Shown: piece after piece, positions 50,877 through 58,385 of the stretch
How positions within the stretch are numbered: position 1 is the stretch's first letter
Layout: every line of letters starts with the position of its first letter
Assembly: GCA_043736095.1 (NCBI GenBank)
Contig: JAYTDH010000230.1
Coordinates: 1 to 58,385 of the forward strand
Length of the DNA stretch: 58,385 nt
Direction: 5' to 3'
DNA from: Gemmatimonas sp.
GTDB lineage: Bacteria > Gemmatimonadota > Gemmatimonadetes > Gemmatimonadales > Gemmatimonadaceae
Program-made: the position numbers and the translations under genes
The notes under the pieces: model-generated
Database searches by the model: none
Seen by the model: the letters and a program-made list of their open reading frames with translations, nothing else
What the model was told of the DNA's origin: nothing

Positions 50877-51926
50877 ATGATCGGTGCCATGGTCGCATTC
50901 CTCGCCGCGCTGACGGCGGGACTCCTCTTCACGCCGCTCGCTCGCCGCTACGCCCTGCGCACCGGGATGGTCGCGAACCCGATCGCCAGTCGCTGGCACA
51001 GGGAACCAACCGCGCTGCTGGGCGGATTGGCCATCGGGCTCGCCAGCGTGGCCGGTCTCGTCGTGGCTGGTGCTGTCGTCGCCGTGCTCGTCCCGACACC
51101 CGCGGGAACGCCACTCCCCATCGAACCTCTCGCCTCCACCCGAGGGCTTGGCGTCGCCGCGGCGGCCACGTTGATGTTCCTCGTCGGCTATACCGACGAT
51201 CGCGAGTGGACGTTTTTTCAGACCAAGCTGATGATGCAATTGGTCGCCGGGACCTTGCTTGTTGCTTCCGGCGCGGTGTTCTCCGTGACGCCCTGGCCAC
51301 CCGCGAATTTGCTCCTGACCCTGTTTTGGTTCATCGGGGTCACGAATGCGTTTAATCTCATCGACAATATGGACGGCGTTGCCGCAGGGGTCGGCGCCAT
51401 TGCCGCGTTGACGCTCGGCGTCGTCGCTTCACGTTCGGGGGCATGGCTCCATGCGGCGGCGGCATGGGCACTAGCCGGAGCCGCTCTCGGGTTTCTCCGG
51501 TACAACACGCACCCCGCGAAGATCTTCATGGGCGACGTGGGAAGCCTCTTCATTGGATCGGCGCTGGCGGGCCTTCTCGCGACGCTGCCGGTTTCAACCG
51601 CAGGCACGGAGATCAGCCGGCTGATTCTCTGCGCGACCATGGTGGCCGTGCCGATTGTGGACACCACCCTCGTCTTCACAACGCGAACGCTGGCCGGCCG
51701 CAAGTTCTACCACGGCGCGCGCGACCATTCCACGCACCGACTCGCTCGGCTCGGGCTGGGCGACCGCCAGGTCGCCTTCGCAGCCTACGCGGTGACCGCG
51801 ATTGGCAGCGCCATTGCCCTCGCCACTCTGGAGAGCGGTCTCGTCGTCAGCATCGGGAGTGGGTTCTTTCTGCTGCTGGGGCTCGCCATCGTCTGGCTGA
51901 CGCACGCGACACGCGGCTCGAAGTAA
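50877..51926 (+). CDS. WecA/MraY family polyprenyl-phosphate HexNAc-1-P transferase
   Basis: GYTDD, NAFNLIDNMDG, PAKIFMGDVGS, RDHSTHRL. Confidence 0.92.
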   Translation: MIGAMVAFLAALTAGLLFTPLARRYALRTGMVANPIASRWHREPTALLGGLAIGLASVAGLVVAGAVVAVLVPTPAGTPLPIEPLASTRGLGVAAAATLMFLVGYTDDREWTFFQTKLMMQLVAGTLLVASGAVFSVTPWPPANLLLTLFWFIGVTNAFNLIDNMDGVAAGVGAIAALTLGVVASRSGAWLHAAAAWALAGAALGFLRYNTHPAKIFMGDVGSLFIGSALAGLLATLPVSTAGTEISRLILCATMVAVPIVDTTLVFTTRTLAGRKFYHGARDHSTHRLARLGLGDRQVAFAAYAVTAIGSAIALATLESGLVVSIGSGFFLLLGLAIVWLTHATRGSK

Positions 51927-51989
51927 GCGGAGTGCGCGCGATTCGATTCGGCCGAGCTAGCGCGTAGGCCGGCACGTTGGCAGTTACTC

Positions 51990-52176
51990 GCAGCGGCCGC
52001 ATCGCGGGAAATCTTCGCGTTTGGGAAGCGCGCCTGATTATGCGCCAGGCGATCGGAACTCATTTCCACCACCCAACGGACGTCGCTGATTGGGGGCTGG
52101 GCAAAACTGCTGGACCCCAATGCCCAATTCCGATGGCAGCGACCCCTGTGAAATCCGTCGCTTAGCTCTAACTCAC
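51990..52176 (-). pseudogene. Decayed N-terminus of a Gfo/Idh/MocA oxidoreductase
   Basis: GTG 52176 gives MS*S*ATDFTGVAAIGIGHWGP, then a frameshift to ISDVRWVVEMSSDRLAHNQARFPNAKISRD. Confidence 0.65.
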
Positions 52177-52356
52177 GGAGCGGTCTCCGCGGCGACTCTG
52201 TACACCCGCGACATCGTATCAGCGTACACAACGGTGAGTCGCGAATCAGCGACGGCTCGAAACCCGCTGCGAGCTGTCGATACATCTAGGATGTGCGTGA
52301 TTTCTAGTGCGCCAAGGCGCGGCATCAGATCAGCCGAGTTGCGCACCCCTTCGATC

Positions 52357-52585
52357 GCTTCCCGGTCCGACCGCCTTGCGGCAGATGCTCGAGGCGTGCG
52401 GTCTGGACGTAACGCTCACGTCGCCGACGCGGTATGTGAAGTGGATCGTGCGCGCGAGCTTCACGAACCCACAGGCACCCAGGCTCTCCCGCTTTCGTCA
52501 GGGACTCGTCCGCGCGTGGCTTCGGGTGCGGGCGCTGCGCGCGAACGGTGGCGAAGAGATCATGGCGACGGCACGGAAGGCCTGA
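52357..52585 (+). pseudogene. Orphan C-terminal fragment of a class I methyltransferase
   Basis: PTALRQMLEACGLDVTLTSPTRYVKW...GEEIMATARKA resembles the 37672-38685 tail PKALQRAMTAAGLQADLHTPTRFVPW...GEEIVCVGRKP. Confidence 0.7.
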
Positions 52586-53597
52586 GCAGCAACCGCCCAA
52601 GGAGCCGCGAGCCGGGCTTCTCGACGAGGACGAAGAAGCCGACGCCCACGACGTGTCCGGCGATGACGTACGCGATGAACGCGGCAATCGGCGGCAGCGA
52701 ATCGCCGAGCACGAGAAGAAGCCCCTTCCCGGCGAGAAGGTGCACGAGATAGATGCTGTAGCTCGCACCGCCGAGGTAGCGCAGAGCGCGTGCCCCCAGG
52801 CTCGTCACCGATCCGGCAGCGAACAAGCGGACTGCCGCCACGACGAGAAGCGCAACCGACGCGACAAGCAGGTGGTGCGTCATCGGCCCGAACGAGATTG
52901 CGCTCGCGGCGGCACACAGCGCGGCTGCCACGAGGAGCACACGTCGAGCGCGTGCGCCATCCGAACCGAGGACAGCGGCGAGCGTCATGCCGAACACGAA
53001 CTCCGGGAGCCGCCCGAGGAAGAACCCGTCGATGAGATGCGCGTTCGCCGGCAGGAACCGGTCGTGGAGAACGAAGAGGAACGCGAGCGCCATCACGATT
53101 GAAGATCCGAGCACCACGAGCCAGTGGAGACGCCGGAACGCGAACAGGAGCAGCGGAAGCAACATGTAGTACTGCCACTCCAAGCTCATGGACCAGAGCG
53201 CGCTCGCCAGCGACATCTTCGTTTCCGCGAAGAGACCGTGGAGGAACGTCAGATGCGCGAACACGTGCCACGACAGCGGGCCCTCCAGCGTGCCGGCCTT
53301 CGTCCCACCGCCGAAGCCGGCGGCGATGAGGGCCGCGAGCAGAAGCACGATCCCGTAGTAGGCCGGCACGATCCGCACGACTCGCTTCCTGAAATACGCG
53401 CCCCACTCGAAGGCGCGGTCGTGCTCCAGGAATGGGCGCGCCAGGAGGTAGCCCGAGAGCACCATGAAAGCCGTGACGCCGTAGAGGCCACGGTTGAGCA
53501 CCGGCGTCGAACCGAAGACGTCGATGTCGGCGTGGAACAGGACGACCGCGAGGCACGCGAACGCACGCAGGATGTCGAGTCCGTCGAGGCGCGTCAT
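52560..53597 (-). CDS. Acyltransferase family 3 (OafA-like O-acyltransferase)
   Basis: LDILRAFACLAVVLFH, FMVLSGYLL, RVVRIVPAYY, WSMSLEWQYY, SYSIYLVH. Confidence 0.92.
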   Translation of the reverse strand: MTRLDGLDILRAFACLAVVLFHADIDVFGSTPVLNRGLYGVTAFMVLSGYLLARPFLEHDRAFEWGAYFRKRVVRIVPAYYGIVLLLAALIAAGFGGGTKAGTLEGPLSWHVFAHLTFLHGLFAETKMSLASALWSMSLEWQYYMLLPLLLFAFRRLHWLVVLGSSIVMALAFLFVLHDRFLPANAHLIDGFFLGRLPEFVFGMTLAAVLGSDGARARRVLLVAAALCAAASAISFGPMTHHLLVASVALLVVAAVRLFAAGSVTSLGARALRYLGGASYSIYLVHLLAGKGLLLVLGDSLPPIAAFIAYVIAGHVVGVGFFVLVEKPGSRLLGRLLLRPSVPSP

Positions 53598-53610
53598 CTC
53601 GCGTCGGGGC

Positions 53611-54468
53611 TCATTCTCCAGAAGACCCGGGATCCGTCGATGGGTTGGATCTCGCCGATGATGCCATGTTGCTTCCGGAAGTCCTCCACCGCGGCGCGGG
53701 TGGCTTGATGAACAGACCCTGTCCGGTCGGAAGCGAAACGATCGAGACACCGCGCGCGGCGGTCACGGCGTCCATGTCATGCTTCTGCGACTCGTAACCA
53801 GAGTATGCGTAGTCATCGAGCAGCACGATCGCACCGGGAACGAGGCGGTCCCAGAGCGCGGTCACTGCGGCCACCTCGGGAGGCGAGCAATTCATGTCGA
53901 TATGCATGAACGCAATCTCGCGGGCGTCGATCTGCGCGAGCGTGTCCGGAACGCTTCCTGGCACGAGCCACACATTTCGCCATTGCGAAAAGTTGGCGGC
54001 CACCGACTGGACGCCTTTCACATAGAGCCCGCGATTCAACGCGTCGGCATTCTTCTCAAGCGCGCCACACGCGCGATCGGCGTCCGAGACATACCGCACG
54101 TCGAGGCCGGCAAAGGTGTCGAGGAGAAAGAACGTCTTGTCGCGCGAATCCCAGTCCAGGTACTCCATGATCGCCGAGCTCATGAACCCGCGATTTACGC
54201 CGAGCTCGACGAACGCCCCTGGGAGTTTGCTCGCCGTCTGGGCCGCCCACAGCCCAATGTGCACCCGCCAGTGCCAGTTGTAGTCGGCCGCAGCCTTGCA
54301 GCCGCGCGCATAGGCGCGGCGAAATACAGGATCGTCCACAAAGTCGTGATTGTGGTAGCTTCGCAGTCCGTCCTGATCGTACGCCTCATCGCCAGCAGAC
54401 CGCGGACCCTTCACGATTGTGTAACCCGTTCGCTCAACGAGCCAGCGAATCATCTTCTTCACGCTCAT
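53611..54468 (-). CDS. TylF/MycF/NovP family sugar O-methyltransferase
   Basis: FVELGVNRG, LDTFAG, FMHIDMN, LLDDY, LPTGQG; ATGA start at 54468. Confidence 0.88.
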   Translation of the reverse strand: MSVKKMIRWLVERTGYTIVKGPRSAGDEAYDQDGLRSYHNHDFVDDPVFRRAYARGCKAAADYNWHWRVHIGLWAAQTASKLPGAFVELGVNRGFMSSAIMEYLDWDSRDKTFFLLDTFAGLDVRYVSDADRACGALEKNADALNRGLYVKGVQSVAANFSQWRNVWLVPGSVPDTLAQIDAREIAFMHIDMNCSPPEVAAVTALWDRLVPGAIVLLDDYAYSGYESQKHDMDAVTAARGVSIVSLPTGQGLFIKPPAPRWRTSGSNMASSARSNPSTDPGSSGE

Positions 54469-54773
54469 CGAACACCCCGAACGTTGACATCTACGTAGCG
54501 CTTCACTTGATACATCGATTGCCCGACGCCAACCGCGGCCGCGCAATGCACCACAGCGTCTACCCCCTCCATCGAGCGCTCGACACAGTCGCGATCACGG
54601 ATATCTCCCTGCACCAGCTCGGCACGGGCATTCAGATAGGGCGGGGGACCGGCAGGATGAACCTGCGGGTCGAGACTATCCAGAATTCGTACGGCTCGGC
54701 CGCTCGCGACGAGGCGGTCCACCACGAACGAGCCGACAAAGCCTGCTCCACCCGTGACAAGGACGGTGCGCAT
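54465..54773 (-). pseudogene. Truncated NAD-dependent epimerase (N-terminal third only)
   Basis: VTGGAGFVGS, LDPQVH, AAAVGVGQSMY; stops at 102 aa, before the YxxxK motif. Confidence 0.82.
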
Positions 54774-54952
54774 GGACCGGAGATTGGGGGCCTGAAAAAC
54801 CGATTGCTCCTTCCAAGCTAAATTAGTGCATCAAGGGGCGTACCACCCGCCGGACTCAGGCTAACCGCCGTTGAGGCGACTCCCATTCAGGCCGCTCCGT
54901 CAGATCTACCCCGAACCAAATCGCGTCTCGTTCTTCTCGATACGAGGGCTTC

Positions 54953-55918
54953 ATGGGCAGCAAGATGATCGTGGTGGCCGGCGGCGGCGGCTTTATCGGC
55001 GGGCACCTCGTGCGCGCGTTGCGGGCGCGCGGCGAGACCGTCCGATCCGTCGACATAAAGCCGCTCGACGAGTGGTATCAGAGGATTGATGGCGTCGAGA
55101 ACCTCGTCGCCGACCTGCGCAACCGGTCTGAATGCGATCGCGTCATGAAGGACGCCACCGACATTTTCCAATTCGCCGCCGACATGGGCGGCATGGGTTT
55201 CATCGAGCAGAACAAGGCGCGATGCATGCTGTCGGTGCTTATCAACACCCAAATGCTGCAATCGTCGAGCGCCGCCGGGGTCAGTCGGTTCTTCTATGCG
55301 TCCTCGGCCTGTGTCTACAATGCGACGAACCAGACGAGTCCCCAATCGCATGCACTCAAGGAGAGCGATGCCTACCCCGCCATGCCCGAAGACGGCTACG
55401 GCTGGGAGAAACTCTTCTCCGAACGCATGTGCCGTCACTTTCGCGAAGACTTTGGGCTTTCCACCCGGGTTGCCCGGTACCACAACGTCTACGGCCCGTA
55501 TGGAGCCTGGGACGGCGGTCGCGAGAAGGCACCCGCGGCGATTTGCCGAAAGGTCATTCAGGCGCAGCGAACGGGCCGCAACGAGATCGAGATATGGGGC
55601 GACGGCACGCAGCTCCGGTCTTTCACCTTCATTGACGACTGCATCACCGGCACGCTCGCCGTCGCGGCGAGCGACATTCTCGACCCCATCAACATTGGCT
55701 CGAGCGAGCGGGTGACGATCAATCAACTGGTCGACATCGCCGAATCGATTGCTGGCGTGAAGTTGAAGCGGACATACAACCTCGGCGCCCCGAAGGGAGT
55801 CCACGCGCGGAACTCGGACAACACCAAAATTCTCGCCGCGCTGGGATGGGAACCGTCGATTCCATTGCGCGAGGGGATGGAAAAGACGTTCCGCTGGATT
55901 TACGACGAGTCCGTGTGA
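54953..55918 (+). CDS. GDP-mannose 3,5-epimerase-like SDR
   Basis: GGGGFIG, AADMGGMGFI, YASSACVY, YGWEKL, GGREKAPAAICRK, IWGDG. Confidence 0.87.
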   Translation: MGSKMIVVAGGGGFIGGHLVRALRARGETVRSVDIKPLDEWYQRIDGVENLVADLRNRSECDRVMKDATDIFQFAADMGGMGFIEQNKARCMLSVLINTQMLQSSSAAGVSRFFYASSACVYNATNQTSPQSHALKESDAYPAMPEDGYGWEKLFSERMCRHFREDFGLSTRVARYHNVYGPYGAWDGGREKAPAAICRKVIQAQRTGRNEIEIWGDGTQLRSFTFIDDCITGTLAVAASDILDPINIGSSERVTINQLVDIAESIAGVKLKRTYNLGAPKGVHARNSDNTKILAALGWEPSIPLREGMEKTFRWIYDESV

Positions 55919-56007
55919 AGGGGAGGGTCATCTCAAAACTCCGTCCAGTCTATGGCGGACTCTACGGCGTTACGCGCGTTCAATGTCCCGTAAACGTGCG
56001 GTGAACC

Positions 56008-56400
56008 TCACGCCTTCGTATACGACGCCGAAATAATGCTCTTCAACCCACCACGAATATTGAAATCCCCCACCACCTTCATCGACCGCGGCTTCGCCAC
56101 CGCCACCAAATCATCCAGAATCCGATTCACCACCCGCTCATAAAAAATCCCGTCATTCCGAAAGCTCCACAAATACATCTTCAAGCTCTTCAGCTCCAGA
56201 CACACCACATCCGGCACATACGTGATGTTGATCGTCGCAAAGTCCGGCGCCCCTCCCTTCAACAACGCCAGCTCCGTCGCGTCCGACTCAATCCCCCCCA
56301 ACGGACACAACGACGTGAACTCCGGCGTCGTCATGAAGATCTCATAGTCCCGGTCCGCGTACGGATTCGGAAACGTCTCCAACAGTTCTGGCTGCGGCAT
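56008..56400 (-). CDS. queF: PreQ0 reductase QueF (unimodular type) with a loop insertion
   Basis: [36 protein letters not shown]. Confidence 0.88.
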   Translation of the reverse strand: MPQPELLETFPNPYADRDYEIFMTTPEFTSLCPLGGIESDATELALLKGGAPDFATINITYVPDVVCLELKSLKMYLWSFRNDGIFYERVVNRILDDLVAVAKPRSMKVVGDFNIRGGLKSIISASYTKA

Positions 56401-56408
56401 TTTCTGTA

Positions 56409-57344
56409 TTAAGTATCGTCGCGCAAACGGCGCGAATGGTCATCAAGGACGCGGCGCTCGGCCGGCGTGAGCCGGTCCATGCCCTCCGCAGAAATCTTAT
56501 CGAGGATCGCATCCACTGTCGGCGGCGCCGGCGGTACCTGCTCCTCACTCGGCGCGGGCGCACGACGACGCGTTGGCGCGTTCCGCCGCACCCCCTCCGC
56601 ATTCGCCCGCGCCACCACATCATCAATCGAATCGCGCTGCTGCGCACGTGAGCGCGGCAACGTCTTCGGCACCGCACGCGGCGGCTGGTCTTCCGGCGGA
56701 TCATCCGGCATCGCCGACACGCCATCGCGGAACCGCTCCACGAACATCACACTCGTCGCGCGCGCGAACACCCACGCCGTGCCGAGTCCGCCAAGATGCG
56801 CCAGGAACGGCACGCCGCCCCCCACTGACTCCTGCAATCCCATCAGCAACACAATCGCTCCCACGAACGCCGCGAGCCAGCGCACGCGCACCGTGAAGCC
56901 CCCCGGCAACATCCGCTCCTCACCACCCCACCGCATCGCGTACGCGCCGAGCACACCAAACCCCACGGCGCTCGCGCCGAGCAGTGTGCCAGTGCCGCCC
57001 ACGAACAGATGCACAATCCATCCGCCGAGTGCGGCAAGCGCCGCAAATCCCACGAAGCGATGCGGCCCCCAAAACCGCTCGAGCCGCGGCCCGAACAACA
57101 ACACCATATACACGTTCAACCCAAGCATCAGCAGACTCGGCTGCACCAACGCATACGTCGCCACCGACCACCAACGCCCCGCATCGAGATCCCCGCGCTG
57201 AAACGCGAAGACCCCCTGCATCGCCTCGGCCGTGAACACCGTCCACTGTAAAAAGTGCGCGATTACCAACGCACCCACGAGCCACGACGCCGCCGCGGTC
57301 ACCAGCGGCGTGTCGGAACGCTCGGGAGCGGCGGGATCGGTCAT
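56409..57344 (-). CDS. Rhomboid family intramembrane serine protease with a C-terminal soluble domain (DUF6576-like)
   Basis: LLGASA (Ser), AHLGG (His); tail [24 protein letters not shown]. Confidence 0.87.
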   Translation of the reverse strand: MTDPAAPERSDTPLVTAAASWLVGALVIAHFLQWTVFTAEAMQGVFAFQRGDLDAGRWWSVATYALVQPSLLMLGLNVYMVLLFGPRLERFWGPHRFVGFAALAALGGWIVHLFVGGTGTLLGASAVGFGVLGAYAMRWGGEERMLPGGFTVRVRWLAAFVGAIVLLMGLQESVGGGVPFLAHLGGLGTAWVFARATSVMFVERFRDGVSAMPDDPPEDQPPRAVPKTLPRSRAQQRDSIDDVVARANAEGVRRNAPTRRRAPAPSEEQVPPAPPTVDAILDKISAEGMDRLTPAERRVLDDHSRRLRDDT

Positions 57345-57354
57345 CGCCAGTCGC

Positions 57355-58385
<1,031 letters not shown>

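Noticed and set aside
23009-56007. Mobile element with terminal repeats around the glycan locus
   Set aside because: No integrase or transposase, and only a weak GGTTCAC similarity at the ends.

Overview
High-GC bacterial chromosome segment; gene content suggests Gemmatimonadota (inference). It has three parts. (1) 1-23 kb, core-like: a secreted VIT-vWA gene running off the left end; a translationally coupled HEAT-repeat / HD-GYP / PAS-GGDEF c-di-GMP operon; tkt; a YeiH-type transporter; a Tat-signal TldD + TldE/PmbA pair followed by a zincin metallopeptidase and an atypical Ddl-like ATP-grasp ligase; a probable beta-barrel, VOC, VKOR, tRNA-Phe(GAA), M28 and M16 peptidases, and pheA. (2) ~23.1-55.9 kb: a ~33 kb surface-polysaccharide locus with Wzc/Wza, a Wzy/ligase-like protein, Wzm/Wzt, WecA, about 10 glycosyltransferase genes and many tailoring enzymes (carbamoyl-, amido-, acyl-, C- and O-methyltransferases, GDP-mannose 3,5-epimerase-like), with decayed gene remnants at its right end. 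(3) 56-58.4 kb: an operon ddl - cysteine-less QueE-like - rhomboid - QueF with an insertion. Best candidates for undescribed biology: an unnamed N-terminal domain shared by the HEAT and HD-GYP proteins, the peptidase/ATP-grasp pair behind TldDE, the cluster-less QueE homolog with an altered QueF, and a noviose-like tailoring set inside a glycan locus. All calls come from motif recognition by eye; no searches were run.
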